Positions 20,684 to 32,039 of a stretch of DNA of 64,000 nt are shown piece after piece. The notes under the pieces are model-generated. The model saw nothing but the letters and a program-made list of their open reading frames with translations, searched no databases and had not been told where the DNA came from. Source of the stretch: Nitrospirota bacterium (GTDB lineage Bacteria; Nitrospirota; UBA9217); NCBI GenBank assembly GCA_963740085.1, contig CAVUCU010000004.1, positions 672,001 to 736,000 on the forward strand, read 5' to 3'. Position 1 is the first letter of the stretch; every line of letters begins with the position of its first letter. The position numbers were made by a program, and so were the translations under genes.

Positions 20684-21973
20684 TTATAATACGTCGCCCT
20701 CTGTTCCAGACCCAGGGGTATACTTCCGCGACAATAAATAGACTGCTGTCGATTGAACCGTAGTATTAAACCCTTCCGTAATGACGACCGCCATTGCAGC
20801 CCCCCGGATACCATAGATCGGGATGAGTGTCAGATTTGCGACGATATTTACAACCAAGTTTGTAGCCGATATGGTCATCATAAGGCGATATTTTCCGCGT
20901 GCGGTGATGAAAGCCGACAATTGCGGATTTATTGCCTTGAACAAAATTGACCAGCTCAGGATCTCAAGGACAAAGGCAGTTGATTTATAGGAATTCGAAA
21001 ATATGCTCGTTATGGGACCTGAAAAGATCGAGAACAAGACAGCAATACCTAGGCCTGAGATGATAACAGGCTTTAGCAGTTTGACAAAGAAGTCTTTCGC
21101 AGCGGATAGATCATAAGCGTTACGGTATTTTGACAGTGACGCATAAAGAGATATTGACAGTGATGAAAAGATAAGCAGCATCGGTTCGGTCAAACGATAT
21201 GCAACTGCGTACTCCCCTACGCCCTGTTCTCCAATGATCTTCCCTATTAGAACATTATCAAGTCTCAGATATACAACCACAATAAGCGCTGATAGCCCCG
21301 CCGGGATACTTTCCCGGAACAGGCTCATTGCGATCTTCCGATTGAAACGAAGCCGTATCGGGTGGATCGTACGATATACTTTGAAGGTCAACACGAGTGT
21401 CACCATCTCACCCGCGGGAATGGCTAAGGCGAACATTTCAATGGCGAGATGATAATACAGACAGATCAGGGTCAATATGATGTAGGAAGTCGTTCCAATG
21501 ATCGTGCTTCCAATTATGTCTGATATCTTAAGGGTTGCCTGAAAGTAGCTGGAAAAAGCATTGATCAAAAGGTTGGTATATATCGACAACGCACAGATCG
21601 AAAGGAGTATCACGCCGCTCGTGCTGTGATAGAGTATCCAAAATATAATAAGTGAAAGCAGGTAGCCCGCTGTCGCGGTGATCAGTTTCAGGGTCAGAAC
21701 GACGTCCATAATTCTCGGAGAAAGACGCCGATGAAGTGAAAACCTTCTGATCGAAATAGTGTCGAGGCCGATGTCCGCCATCACCTTGAATATTTCGGTC
21801 ACCGATATCACCAGTGCAAGGCGGCCAAATTCAGCGGGACCGAACTGTCGCGTGATCAGCAAAAGAACGAATATCCTGACGATGCCGGAGAGTCCCCTGA
21901 TGATGATCGTCGAACTGGTGTTTTTAATAAGGGGCAGGAATGCGCGAAGCATTTGCGTAAAAGAGGTGGTCAT
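20684..21973 (-). CDS. wzx: Wzx-like polysaccharide flippase (MOP superfamily)
   Basis: About 12 TM segments, FGPAEFG, YLRLDNVLI, VGEYAVAYRL, LIPIYGIRGAAMA. Confidence 0.85.
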   Translation of the reverse strand: MTTSFTQMLRAFLPLIKNTSSTIIIRGLSGIVRIFVLLLITRQFGPAEFGRLALVISVTEIFKVMADIGLDTISIRRFSLHRRLSPRIMDVVLTLKLITATAGYLLSLIIFWILYHSTSGVILLSICALSIYTNLLINAFSSYFQATLKISDIIGSTIIGTTSYIILTLICLYYHLAIEMFALAIPAGEMVTLVLTFKVYRTIHPIRLRFNRKIAMSLFRESIPAGLSALIVVVYLRLDNVLIGKIIGEQGVGEYAVAYRLTEPMLLIFSSLSISLYASLSKYRNAYDLSAAKDFFVKLLKPVIISGLGIAVLFSIFSGPITSIFSNSYKSTAFVLEILSWSILFKAINPQLSAFITARGKYRLMMTISATNLVVNIVANLTLIPIYGIRGAAMAVVITEGFNTTVQSTAVYLLSRKYTPGSGTEGDVL

Positions 21974-22091
21974 GGCGGTGGCAGCCTATACAGCATAGGT
22001 GAACGATTATAATCGGGGCATTGTTTGATGAGTTTAAGAGACTTTTCTGAGCCCACACAGATCACGGGCGGTTTCTGGATTATAGCTGTTT

Positions 22092-23252
22092 TCAATGATG
22101 GAGTACTTCGTTAAAGAGCGAAAGATGGCTTTGCGCTGATTTATCCCAAGTGAACGTTTTTGCGCGGGCAAAACCTCTTTGCGCCAGATTTTCTCTCATC
22201 GCGCTGTCGGAAAAGACCTTGTACATTCCGTCCGAGATGCTGTCAACGCGAAGGGGATCTACATAGTGCGCGGCATCGCCGCAGACTTCAGGGAGCGAGG
22301 ATCTTCTCGATACAATGACCGGAGTTCCGCAGGCCATCGCTTCTAGAGGCGGAATACCGAAACCTTCGTACAGTGACGCATAGATGAACGCGCTCGCAAG
22401 ATTGTATAAATATGCCAGCTCCAGGTTTGACAGATACCCCAGATAAACAATATTATCTCTTTCCCGCCTTATGATGTCCATGATCTCTTTATTTTTCCAG
22501 CCGCTAAAGCCAGCAAGCACAAACTTGCATTCCTTTTTGAAGGCTTCGGGAAGAGAATTGTACCCCATAAGCACATTCTTCAGATTTTTCCTGGGTTCGA
22601 TGCTGCCAACAAATAAAATGAACTTCTCCGGGAGTCTGTGCATCGTTTTAAATTTGTGCATCAAAGAACGATCATACGGTTTGAAATTATCATGATCGAC
22701 TCCGTGATAAATGACCTCTATCCTGGCAGCATCATATTTTATCAGATCGACTATTTCTCCTTTGATAAAATTTGAACCGGTTATGATCCTGTCGGATTTC
22801 TGAATATTTTTCCAGAAATGTTTTTGTAAATATTCCTTACTCTCCTTTGGGAGACATTCCGGGTAATGTTGAAAAGAGAAATCGTGAATTGTTGTAATAA
22901 GGTACTTGCTCCGGAGATGTTCGAGCGGAACGATGTTGGGCTCCCAGTAAAGGTCAAAGGACCTGTGGGAAAATCTTGAAACGAATAAAAGGCTCTCTCT
23001 TGTCATTTTTTTTATAAGATAGAACCTGCTTAAATACCCTTTGATTTGTTTAACGATCTTGCCCGAAGGAGGGATGTTCATCATGTATAATTTTTTGCTG
23101 TAATAACCATAAAAATAATCAATCTCAGCGTTAAGATCCAATTTGGTGATTCTTTTGCAAAGCTCAAACGTATATTTACCGATACCGGTGAGTTTCGATA
23201 AAAGGGACAGTGTATTTATCACTATTTTATCAGGTCTCACGTATCCCACCAC
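22092..23252 (-). CDS. Glycosyltransferase family 4 (mannosyl/rhamnosyltransferase-like)
   Basis: [40 protein letters not shown]. Confidence 0.92.
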   Translation of the reverse strand: MVGYVRPDKIVINTLSLLSKLTGIGKYTFELCKRITKLDLNAEIDYFYGYYSKKLYMMNIPPSGKIVKQIKGYLSRFYLIKKMTRESLLFVSRFSHRSFDLYWEPNIVPLEHLRSKYLITTIHDFSFQHYPECLPKESKEYLQKHFWKNIQKSDRIITGSNFIKGEIVDLIKYDAARIEVIYHGVDHDNFKPYDRSLMHKFKTMHRLPEKFILFVGSIEPRKNLKNVLMGYNSLPEAFKKECKFVLAGFSGWKNKEIMDIIRRERDNIVYLGYLSNLELAYLYNLASAFIYASLYEGFGIPPLEAMACGTPVIVSRRSSLPEVCGDAAHYVDPLRVDSISDGMYKVFSDSAMRENLAQRGFARAKTFTWDKSAQSHLSLFNEVLHH

Positions 23253-23278
23253 AATTCATTATCAAGGTTCGATGCCAG

Positions 23279-23932
23279 CTATGATCGATCAGCCACAACA
23301 ACCAGATCGCCTCTAAACATAAAGCCCATAAACCACATTTTCAGCAAAGCCTTTGCGCTTTTCTCAAAAAAGTTCCTTGCAGGTTCTCCATCTTCATAGG
23401 ATTTTAGATTGTTAAAACCCGCCTTTTTCATCAGTACAAAAAGCAGCTTTTCCGGATAGGGCCTCACGTGAGTGATGTCCAGCCAGAAACGCTCGCTCGT
23501 TCTCAGGTCCTTCGGGTTGGGGGTAATGATAATGAATCTGGATCCCGGTTTCAATACCCGATAGCTTTCTTTGATCAACGCTATGGCCTGTGTTGGCTGC
23601 ATGTGCTCTATCACATGGGCGCAAAATATTCCACCGAGCGACCCGGTGGGAAGCTCAGCAAGATGACTAAGGGCATCGCCGTGTACAACATCAAGACCCT
23701 TTCCCTGGCAATAGAGGACCGAGTCTTCGAATGAATCAAGACCATATGCCGGGATTCCCGCCTCCTTCATCAGACGCAGCATCACGCCCCGTCCTGATCC
23801 TATCTCCAGGACCTTCCCGGGCGCATTCTTCAGGTGCCTCAGATATCTTTTCTGATGCTGTTCTCTGAGATCGTCTTCACTCCATGCATAGAGCAGATCA
23901 GTGTCTATGTACGATTTGTTGTCAGCACACAT
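23279..23932 (-). CDS. Class I SAM-dependent methyltransferase
   Basis: VLEIGSGRG, HVIEH, RVLKPG, FWLDITHVRPY. Confidence 0.88.
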   Translation of the reverse strand: MCADNKSYIDTDLLYAWSEDDLREQHQKRYLRHLKNAPGKVLEIGSGRGVMLRLMKEAGIPAYGLDSFEDSVLYCQGKGLDVVHGDALSHLAELPTGSLGGIFCAHVIEHMQPTQAIALIKESYRVLKPGSRFIIITPNPKDLRTSERFWLDITHVRPYPEKLLFVLMKKAGFNNLKSYEDGEPARNFFEKSAKALLKMWFMGFMFRGDLVVVADRS

Positions 23933-23961
23933 TTACGTCATAGTCCCCCAAAACAAACGTT

Positions 23962-24118
23962 TCACAAGGTTTTTATGCGAACCACTTGCAGTATTTTGCT
24001 TGTTCCCTCAGCTACAGTAACCGCTATTGACGCGCCAATAATACCATAACTGGGAATCATTAGCAAACGTGCCCATAGAATTTATCATCGCCATAAGTTC
24101 GGCGCTGAACGCTTTAAT
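23962..24118 (-). pseudogene. Remnant C-terminus of a Wzx-like flippase
   Basis: Two frames give IKAFSAELMAMINSMGTF and LLMIPSYGIIGASIAVTVAEG, matching FKAINPQLSAFITARGKY and LTLIPIYGIRGAAMAVVITEG of the flippase at 20684..21973. Confidence 0.65.
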
Positions 24119-24294
24119 TTGATCGAAAGGCGGCCCGTTCGAACATTTAACCTTGCATTTTGGTATGAACTATTATATCTTTTATCAACGCTTAGGCAGG
24201 GGACAATATCTGACTCATTCGCTCAGTGACCATTCTGAGAGGTGTTCTCAGTGTTTTACTATCTTCTTTTTAATCGAGGCAAGGGAGTCTCTTC

Positions 24295-25737
24295 TTGGTC
24301 AGGCTTTTAAGAAATAGTTTTAAGCTCATCGCTCTTTTCCTGCTGGACATCTCAGCTTTTTACTGTTCCTTGTTCCTGGCATTTTATGCAAGAAAAATAT
24401 TGAATTTATACTTCCCTCATCTTTCGCCGCAATTATCCCTATCGTTTTTTCTGCATATCTGGTGGCTGCCGGCGATCTTCATCTCCTTTATCACCTATGA
24501 ACGCCTCTATATCAAGAAGCTCCCCTTCTGGGATGAAACCAAGGAACTTCTTAAGGCCATCTCCGCCTCAACGATCGCGATCCTCGTCATTATAACACTC
24601 GGGAATATGGCGGGCAAAATATCCCGGTTGACCATCCTTTTTCTTTGGTTCTCCGGCCTTTTCTTCTTCCCTCTTTTCCGATTCTTCGGCAAGAAGACCC
24701 TTCATGCCCTGGGACTCTGGAGCGAACCGGTGATCGTCATTGGTGCGGGTTCGGCCGGCATTGAGACCGCAAAAGGGATCAACGCGGACATCCATCTCGG
24801 CTATCACGTGATCGGGTTCCTGGACGATGACGTTGCGATAGGCAAGGAAGTAAGTGTTGACGGCGTCGCGTATAGGGTTTTTGGTAAAATAAGGCACTTC
24901 AGGAAATTCGTAAAGGTCCTCGATATCAGCACCGTTATCATCGCAATACCCTCTCTCTCCGTGGAGAAACTGTCGGAACTGACCAATGAGATACAAAAGT
25001 ATACGAAATCCGTTCTCCTTGTCCCTGATGTAAAAGGAATCGCGCTCACCAACACAGAACTCTACCACCTGTTCATGGAGCAGCTTTTTTTGCTCAAGAT
25101 CAATAATAACCTGAAATCTCCCTTGAACAGGTTTGTAAAAAGGATCTTTGACCTGTTTGTTTCGATCATCTTACTGCCCTTTGTCCTGCCCGTCATTTCA
25201 CTCATCAGCCTGCTTATCAAACTGGACTCTCGTGGACCGGTCTTTCATATTGAGGACCGCTTCGGAAAGAACAAATCGATATTCAAGTGCATCAAATTCA
25301 GGACCATGTTTTTGCACAACGATAAATTGCTGAAAGAATATCTCAGGGTTCACCCGGACCTTGGTGCGGAGTGGCAGAAATACAAAAAGCTCAAAGGATA
25401 CGATCCACGGGTAACGAGGGTTGGAGCGTTTCTGAGAAGGACGTCACTCGACGAACTGCCGCAGATATTCAATGTCCTGATCAATGAGATGAGCCTTGTT
25501 GGCTCCCGACCCTATCTGCCGCGCGAAGAAGGCGATATGAGGTACCATATCGACACGATCCTGCTGACCCCTCCCGGCATCACCGGACTCTGGCAGGTGT
25601 CTGGCAGGAACAAGCTCACGTTCGACGCCCGGCTGCGGCTTGACGCGTGGTATGTGCTCAACTGGTCCCTCTGGCTCGACATCGTTATTTTGTTCAAGAC
25701 ATTCAAGGTCGTACTGAATAAAGAAGGGGCCTATTAG
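24295..25737 (+). CDS. wbaP: Undecaprenyl-phosphate galactose/hexose phosphotransferase
   Basis: N-terminal TMs, [49 protein letters not shown]. Confidence 0.92.
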   Translation: MVRLLRNSFKLIALFLLDISAFYCSLFLAFYARKILNLYFPHLSPQLSLSFFLHIWWLPAIFISFITYERLYIKKLPFWDETKELLKAISASTIAILVIITLGNMAGKISRLTILFLWFSGLFFFPLFRFFGKKTLHALGLWSEPVIVIGAGSAGIETAKGINADIHLGYHVIGFLDDDVAIGKEVSVDGVAYRVFGKIRHFRKFVKVLDISTVIIAIPSLSVEKLSELTNEIQKYTKSVLLVPDVKGIALTNTELYHLFMEQLFLLKINNNLKSPLNRFVKRIFDLFVSIILLPFVLPVISLISLLIKLDSRGPVFHIEDRFGKNKSIFKCIKFRTMFLHNDKLLKEYLRVHPDLGAEWQKYKKLKGYDPRVTRVGAFLRRTSLDELPQIFNVLINEMSLVGSRPYLPREEGDMRYHIDTILLTPPGITGLWQVSGRNKLTFDARLRLDAWYVLNWSLWLDIVILFKTFKVVLNKEGAY

Positions 25738-25748
25738 GAAGGCGATTT

Positions 25749-25818
25749 GCAGATGGCTCATCGCTGATAGTAACTGAAGAACTATGACCCATGAGCTATG
25801 AGCTGTCAGCTGCTGGCT
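25749..25818. repeat. Inverted heptamer-repeat hairpin between convergent wbaP and waaL
   Basis: GATGGCT-CATCGCT-GATAGT versus ATGAGCT-ATGAGCT-GTCAGCT-GCTGGCT. Confidence 0.65.
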
Positions 25819-26962
25819 CTGTCAACCGATATCCTTCCAACACGCCCATCAGAAAATTAATATTGAGCGCAACGATCGCAGCGCCGAAGTTGTACTCGAA
25901 TATACCTGCCACCAGAATATTCAATAATGATAATGCCACACCGAGGCTGACTGCTTTAAGCAGCGGTTCCGAAGCGCTGTGGTAAACCCTGAAATACTTT
26001 ATGCAAAAATAGAGTTGTGTCCCGATCACAATAATGAAACCAGGCACCCCATCCTCGGCAAGTTCGTGGATATACATATTGTGCGCATGAGAGGTGAAGT
26101 CGATCAGCCCTTTTTCTTTATAGGGTTCCAGATAGGACGGCAGCATGCCGCTCCCCACCCCAACAAGGGGATGCTGGAGAAATATGTTCCATGAGATCTC
26201 CCAGTTGTTCAAACGGTAGGAATTCTTTTCCGGGGAAAAACTGTCCGCTATTCGTTGAGAAAACCAGGGTACCGTGAGCACGATGACGGCGATGACGAGC
26301 GCCGCGATGACCGAGTATTTCAGGATCGTCTTAAAGGATCTTGCAAGCGCCAACAGGACAAGAAAACAGACGAAGACCCCGAGAAAATAGCTCCGCGAGC
26401 CCGAGAATACGAGCCCCGTGAGTAGAAACGGGGAGTAATAAAAGAACCGTTTATTATGGAAAAGAGCCAGACAGATGTTCATGATAAGAATGATCGAGAT
26501 ACAGCCGCCGTACTGGTTGGGGTGGCCGAAATACCCGCTCATGCGGCCGCTGTTTTCATAAAAAAGCGGTTTATAGATCGGGGGGATCGCGAGAAAGTGC
26601 TGGCCAAGGGCATAGAGAATGATCAGGCTGTTCGCGATGAACAGGATATGGCCTATCTTTATGACGGCTTCACGGTGAATTTTATAAAATCCGATGACGA
26701 TATACGGGACTCGGTCCCACACGCCCTTGATCTTCGGGATCTCCCTGACCGATGTGGCAAGGGCGCGGGTAAAGGCCTTCCAGGCGAAGAGGACGGCGTA
26801 AAGCAAAGAATCTTTTTTAAAATCTTCGCGGCGGACCGTTTTCCGGTATAAGTCCCTGATGAATACAATTAACAGGAGGGCGAGTACGATCGTTGTCGCT
26901 GACATAGCGAGCACCGTTGCAACCGCAAATGCATAGAGGAGATAGAGCGCTGTTTTATTCAT
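25796..26962 (-). CDS. waaL: O-antigen ligase family protein
   Basis: Multi-TM; RMSGYFGHPN, SGSRS, HPLVGVG, HAHNMY. Confidence 0.88.
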   Translation of the reverse strand: MNKTALYLLYAFAVATVLAMSATTIVLALLLIVFIRDLYRKTVRREDFKKDSLLYAVLFAWKAFTRALATSVREIPKIKGVWDRVPYIVIGFYKIHREAVIKIGHILFIANSLIILYALGQHFLAIPPIYKPLFYENSGRMSGYFGHPNQYGGCISIILIMNICLALFHNKRFFYYSPFLLTGLVFSGSRSYFLGVFVCFLVLLALARSFKTILKYSVIAALVIAVIVLTVPWFSQRIADSFSPEKNSYRLNNWEISWNIFLQHPLVGVGSGMLPSYLEPYKEKGLIDFTSHAHNMYIHELAEDGVPGFIIVIGTQLYFCIKYFRVYHSASEPLLKAVSLGVALSLLNILVAGIFEYNFGAAIVALNINFLMGVLEGYRLTEPAADSS

Positions 26963-26977
26963 GCCATGACCCTCATG

Positions 26978-27709
26978 TTACCGCTGTTTCCCTTTTCTTT
27001 TTTCCGAGTTTGTGTGGACCTTATAGAGAAATGAGAACGGATCGGCTATAAGCTTAACCGGGATTCTGCGTAATGACAGGGGATCGTTTCCCTTTTCCAC
27101 ATGTCCGCGCTGCGTGGTTACAGCATAGCAATAGCCTGCCCTTTTCACCACCTCTTTCACTTCATTATTATGATCGCCACCAGGGTAACAGAACGTTTCG
27201 ATCGGATGGTTCAAACGTTCTTCCAGGTCTTTTTTTGATCCCGCGATTTCTATGATCTGCTGATCCGATGATATACGGGTCAGTTCCGGATGCGTCCTCG
27301 TATGTGATCCGATCTGGACACCATTGCTATTTATTTCAATGATCGTTTTCCAGTCCATTAATGGCTTCGCGATATTTTCATTCCGGGAGTCCCAAACATT
27401 GTCTTTCCCGACGAGTTCGGACACGATGTATACTGTTGATGGATAACCATAATAGTTCAGTATCGGATACGCATTCTTGTAGAAATCCAGGTATCCATCA
27501 TCGAAGGTGATGGCAGCCATGTTGTGACGCGTCTCCCCCCGTTCGACTGAAGCAACGAGGTCCTTGACAGAGAGAACCTGAAAACCGGCCACCCTCAAAT
27601 ACCACATCTGGAACCTGAACATCCCGGGTGTGACGTACAAATTGGGAATCCTCGCCCCCTTCGGAGGATTATCAATATTATGATACATGAGAATGATGGC
27701 TTTCGGCAT
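26978..27709 (-). CDS. Polysaccharide deacetylase (CE4/NodB)
   Basis: ILMYH, ITFDDGY, GSHTRTH, FCYPGG. Confidence 0.92.
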   Translation of the reverse strand: MPKAIILMYHNIDNPPKGARIPNLYVTPGMFRFQMWYLRVAGFQVLSVKDLVASVERGETRHNMAAITFDDGYLDFYKNAYPILNYYGYPSTVYIVSELVGKDNVWDSRNENIAKPLMDWKTIIEINSNGVQIGSHTRTHPELTRISSDQQIIEIAGSKKDLEERLNHPIETFCYPGGDHNNEVKEVVKRAGYCYAVTTQRGHVEKGNDPLSLRRIPVKLIADPFSFLYKVHTNSEKRKGKQR

Positions 27710-27733
27710 GTTGCCCCAATCAATAATGATGAG

Positions 27734-28825
27734 TCACCTGTTTACGAGAGAATCGAAAAAGCGGTGATACGAATCTATCATCCGCTCGCGGCTGAATTGT
27801 TCGTCTACCCACGGCGGCCCGGCTTCTGACATGCGTCTTTTGATTTCCCTGTTTTTCAATATTTGAACGACCTCGGCAGCCATTTCCCGAGCGCCGTGCT
27901 TGACCAGAACACCCGCAGGACACCCTTCAAGAGAGTCACGGACTCCTCCTCCGTCAAAGGCAACGACCGGCGTCCCCATTGCCAGGGCCTCCACAACCCA
28001 GAGGCCAAAACCTTCGTTTCTGAAGGTGCTGATCGCGATATCAATGTCGGCATAATAGGACGGCATGTCGCCTTTCGGCAGTGTGTCCAGCCAGAGAAGG
28101 GCGTCCGTTACCCCCAGTGCGGCAGCGCGGTCCTTGAACTCCTGGAGTTGCGGCATCGGGGCCAGAGGAGTGAGCAGAAGATAGCGCACACCAGGTATTT
28201 CCTTTCTGATTTCGACGAGTGCGTCAAGAAATTCGATCTGGTTCTTCCACATGCTTCCTGATGAGCTGATCAGGGGAGTATCAGGCGAAAGCTTCAGGCG
28301 GCTTCTGATGGAGCCCCGCGTCGTGCGGTCTCTGTCGAAGGTCTCGAGATCTATTCCATGATGGATGATTGCTATTTTATTGCTCAATGCGTGATGAAAG
28401 GAAAGGATTTTAGTCGCGATGTGCCTTGATATAGCCACGATACGGTCCATGCGGTTGAGAAGAAAGCGCGAGTTGATGAAATCAGCAACATGGACGGTAT
28501 ATACCATTCGCGGGCGCCGCCCGGAAAGGACAGCGGCAATCCATGCCTGCACAATATCGTGGCCTCGCTGGATACTGATAATCCCGTACTCTTCATTCCT
28601 GATGATTCCCGCAATCCTGAAGAAGGAACCGAGACCTCCTAATCCGGATTTTTTAATGGGATATACGGATATCGGGAAATCCGCGAACATGGTCGTCAGC
28701 GGTGTATTTGGGCGGCAGACAATGCCTATACGAGCGCCTTTTCGGACAAGGCCAGGCAGCAGGTCAAGGAGGAACTCTTCTCCTCCGCCGCGGTATCTGA
28801 AGTTATTCACAAATAAAATGTTCAT
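27734..28825 (-). CDS. Glycosyltransferase family 4
   Basis: GGGE, IHHGID, EGFGLWVVEALAMG. Confidence 0.9.
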   Translation of the reverse strand: MNILFVNNFRYRGGGEEFLLDLLPGLVRKGARIGIVCRPNTPLTTMFADFPISVYPIKKSGLGGLGSFFRIAGIIRNEEYGIISIQRGHDIVQAWIAAVLSGRRPRMVYTVHVADFINSRFLLNRMDRIVAISRHIATKILSFHHALSNKIAIIHHGIDLETFDRDRTTRGSIRSRLKLSPDTPLISSSGSMWKNQIEFLDALVEIRKEIPGVRYLLLTPLAPMPQLQEFKDRAAALGVTDALLWLDTLPKGDMPSYYADIDIAISTFRNEGFGLWVVEALAMGTPVVAFDGGGVRDSLEGCPAGVLVKHGAREMAAEVVQILKNREIKRRMSEAGPPWVDEQFSRERMIDSYHRFFDSLVNR

Positions 28826-28851
28826 GTTGATGAAGGTGTTCTTTGCTGATG

Positions 28852-29703
28852 TTATTGGGGCTTGTGCTCATCCTCAACGGACAATTGCGAAGGCGCGTGA
28901 ATTGCCGCACGTCGATATTCCTTTTCCCAGTCTTGCCTATGTTTTTCCTTATATTCAATTTCATAAAGCTTCATCTCGCGCAAAAAATAATTAATCGCAA
29001 TCACCGCTGCCATATAAAAACCATGAATGCCATCACGATACCCTCGACGTATGATGAACCTTCCGAAAAAACGTTCGAGAGGCTTGAATAAAGCTCGAAA
29101 GAAGCTGAATCTCCTTCGATGCTGGATGTAATCATTTTCCGATTCAACCGAGCTGTAATAGTTGAATTTATCCATGATAACTTTGAAGCCCGTATACCCG
29201 TCATGGAGTATGGGACTTTTAAGAAACCCTATTGTTCCCCGGGTGATGACTTTCATATGGATCAGCCCTGTCCATTCACCCATGGATTTTCGATACAGAA
29301 TGGTTTTATATTGCGGATACCATCCCCCTGCCTTGATCCACTTGCCCGCAAAAAACTCTTTCCGGGGTATCATGAAGAGGTCCGCGCGGGGTTCTTTTGA
29401 AAAGACTTCGGTTATTTCTTGTTGTAACGCCGCGGTTACGACTTCATCCGCATCGAGCGCAAGAATCCAGTCATTCTTCGTATAGTTAACGGCAATCGCT
29501 CTCTGGCCGGAAAAACTGTGGGGCCAGGGATGCTGATATATCCTGGCAGTGTATCGCTTGCAAATCTCCACCGTGCGGTCCGTGCTGAAGGAGTCAACAA
29601 TGATGATTTCGTCGACCCAGGTCATACTTTTAAGGCATCGTTCGATCTTCTGTTCTTCGTTGAAGGTGATGACAATTGCGGATATCTTCATCGTATCAAT
29701 CAT
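28852..29703 (-). CDS. Glycosyltransferase family 2 (KdtX/WaaE-like)
   Basis: ITFNEE, VDSFSTDRT, LDADE, WYP, GYRDG. Confidence 0.9.
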   Translation of the reverse strand: MIDTMKISAIVITFNEEQKIERCLKSMTWVDEIIIVDSFSTDRTVEICKRYTARIYQHPWPHSFSGQRAIAVNYTKNDWILALDADEVVTAALQQEITEVFSKEPRADLFMIPRKEFFAGKWIKAGGWYPQYKTILYRKSMGEWTGLIHMKVITRGTIGFLKSPILHDGYTGFKVIMDKFNYYSSVESENDYIQHRRRFSFFRALFKPLERFFGRFIIRRGYRDGIHGFYMAAVIAINYFLREMKLYEIEYKEKHRQDWEKEYRRAAIHAPSQLSVEDEHKPQ

Positions 29704-29730
29704 GCAATCGTACCTCGATGGTGAATGCGA

Positions 29731-30843
29731 TCACAACCTCACCTGTTGTTCAAAGAGACGTTCAAACTGAGCAGCAACGGCATCCCATGAGTATTTTTTC
29801 AAGACTGAGGCGCGTCCCGCCTTTCCAAGCTGTTCATGCTGTTCCCGGTCCCGGAGGATCAAACTGGCCATTTCCGCGGCAATGGCTGTTGCATCGGGAT
29901 CAACCATTATGCCTCCCCCTTCTGAAAGGATCTCAGGGAACGCGCTTCCATGCGATACAAGAATCGGCAGCTGGCTTGCCATTGCTTCGAGCGCCACAAT
30001 GCCGAATCCCTCGAACTCAGGAAGGAATATGAAGAGGTCAGCGGCATTATAAAATCCCGCAACATCCTTCTGGTTGCCCATGAACAGGACATTGGATACG
30101 AGCCCAAGGGACTTCACCTTTGAAAAAAAAGACTCACGGTCCTTTTCGTTGCCGTCTCCGCATACAATATATCGTATATCGGGCAGAGTTCTTTTTAAGA
30201 GACTTACCACATCAAGCACTTTATTGATCCCTTTGCGCCCCTGTAACGCCGCGACCGTAATCAGAACAGGTGCCTTGTCTGAAATGCCGAGCTTTTTCCT
30301 GATTTCGAGCCGGCGTCCTTGATCGGCGCGGAACTCTTGAGGGTCCACGCCATTCGGGATGGTATCTGCGGTACGACCAAAATATCTCTCGACCCCCTGC
30401 GCAATATAGGAACTCGCGGCAATGAGCCTGTCAGCATGTTTTGCCGTGCTGAATTTATTGAAGGCCCTGAAATGCTTTTCGTGATCTTCGAGCGGATACT
30501 GGAATACAATGTTATAACGAAATTTCTTTATCATATGGGTTAGCCCGGCCGCATAACCCTCACCCCGCGCAATTGCTATGTTCAAAACATCGTAATCATT
30601 TCTCAGTAATTCACGTATGTATCCGGGAACGAAAGTAAGTCTGTGCCAGTTGTAGTGCGAGATCTCCTCGACATGAATGCGATCGTCTATCCACTCGCGT
30701 GTGAGCGGTTGCTCGCACCTTCCGGCAATAAGGGTAACGTCGTGCCCTTTCTTCACCAGACCATTCGCGACATTTATAATAAACCGCTCGATCCCCCGTG
30801 GTATGCGCAGCGTATTTATATGGGCAAATGCAATTTTCACCAT
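29731..30843 (-). CDS. Glycosyltransferase family 4
   Basis: GIERF, IPNGVD, RKG, EGFGIVALEAMAS. Confidence 0.9.
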   Translation of the reverse strand: MVKIAFAHINTLRIPRGIERFIINVANGLVKKGHDVTLIAGRCEQPLTREWIDDRIHVEEISHYNWHRLTFVPGYIRELLRNDYDVLNIAIARGEGYAAGLTHMIKKFRYNIVFQYPLEDHEKHFRAFNKFSTAKHADRLIAASSYIAQGVERYFGRTADTIPNGVDPQEFRADQGRRLEIRKKLGISDKAPVLITVAALQGRKGINKVLDVVSLLKRTLPDIRYIVCGDGNEKDRESFFSKVKSLGLVSNVLFMGNQKDVAGFYNAADLFIFLPEFEGFGIVALEAMASQLPILVSHGSAFPEILSEGGGIMVDPDATAIAAEMASLILRDREQHEQLGKAGRASVLKKYSWDAVAAQFERLFEQQVRL

Positions 30844-30934
30844 GTTCTCCCTGGATGAATAGCCTCGGTTTTTAGCCCGTCGATTTGATCTCTGAACGGT
30901 CAGCCATTTGTTTATCAGATTGTCAGCTGAATAA

Positions 30935-31909
30935 TTATTGCTTATGCCATCCCCAGGCGCTTGACAGAATGTCCTCTATCCCGAATTTCGGATGCCAATG
31001 AAGCATCGTTTGCGCCTTTGAAGATTCGGCTACCAGGATCTCAGGGTCGCCATTTCGTCTCTTCTCTTCTATTACTTTGAAATCAGCACCCGTAATTTCC
31101 CTGGCAAGGTCCACGATTTTTCTCACGGAAACTCCGCTTCCGGTCCCGATGTTAAATGCATCAGCAATAAATTCATGTTCATCGAAAAATTGCAGCGCCT
31201 TGTAATGTGCGTCCGCCAAGTCAATGATGTGAATATAGTCACGGATACAGGTGCCATCCGGGGTATTATAATCGGTGCCGTATATATGCGCAGCGTCCCT
31301 CGCACCTTTTGCCGCCTGCATAATCAGGGGAATGAGATGGGTTTCGGGATCATGTTTTTCACCAATGCCATAACCTGCGCCAGCGGCATTAAAGTATCGC
31401 AAGGAAACCGATCGAATGCCGTGGAGAGAGCCGTACCATTGAAGAATACGTTCAAACATCAGTTTGCTTTCTCCATACGGATTAATAGGCAGCTGTTTTT
31501 CTGATTCCTTGATAGGGTTACTGGCGGGGATGCCGTAGGTGGAACAACTTGAAGAAAAGATGATCCGCTCGCACTGTGCTTCCCGCATGGCCTCGAGAAG
31601 ATTCACGCCTCCGAGAACATTATTCTCAAAATATTTTCCCGGCCGTTGCATAGACTCGCCGACATAAGCATAGCCGGCAAAATGTATCACGTTCTTTATT
31701 GCGTTGGACAAAAACATATCCCGGACATCCCCCTTGTTGAGCAGATCACCGCCATATATCGTTATGCCTTTGGGGACAAACTCACGATGTCCATAAACGA
31801 GATTATCAAAAACAACGATTTCTTCCGGTCGATAACCTTGTGAAAGCAGATAGTGGGCTGTATGCGAGCCTATATAACCTGCTCCACCGGTAATAAGTAG
31901 TTTATCCAT
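30935..31909 (-). CDS. galE: UDP-glucose 4-epimerase
   Basis: TGGAGYIGSHT, FSSSCSTYG, NPYGESK, LRYFNAAGA, DGTCIRDYIH. Confidence 0.95.
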   Translation of the reverse strand: MDKLLITGGAGYIGSHTAHYLLSQGYRPEEIVVFDNLVYGHREFVPKGITIYGGDLLNKGDVRDMFLSNAIKNVIHFAGYAYVGESMQRPGKYFENNVLGGVNLLEAMREAQCERIIFSSSCSTYGIPASNPIKESEKQLPINPYGESKLMFERILQWYGSLHGIRSVSLRYFNAAGAGYGIGEKHDPETHLIPLIMQAAKGARDAAHIYGTDYNTPDGTCIRDYIHIIDLADAHYKALQFFDEHEFIADAFNIGTGSGVSVRKIVDLAREITGADFKVIEEKRRNGDPEILVAESSKAQTMLHWHPKFGIEDILSSAWGWHKQ

Positions 31910-32039
31910 GATGACCTCTCCGTTACTTTATGTTTTCATATTACAGACTATGGCCGGTTGAAATAATAACCATAATCAATGAAATCAGTTACCGTCATGT
32001 CACAATTGAAAGCGCTGTCGCTCGCGATGAAGATCGGCG

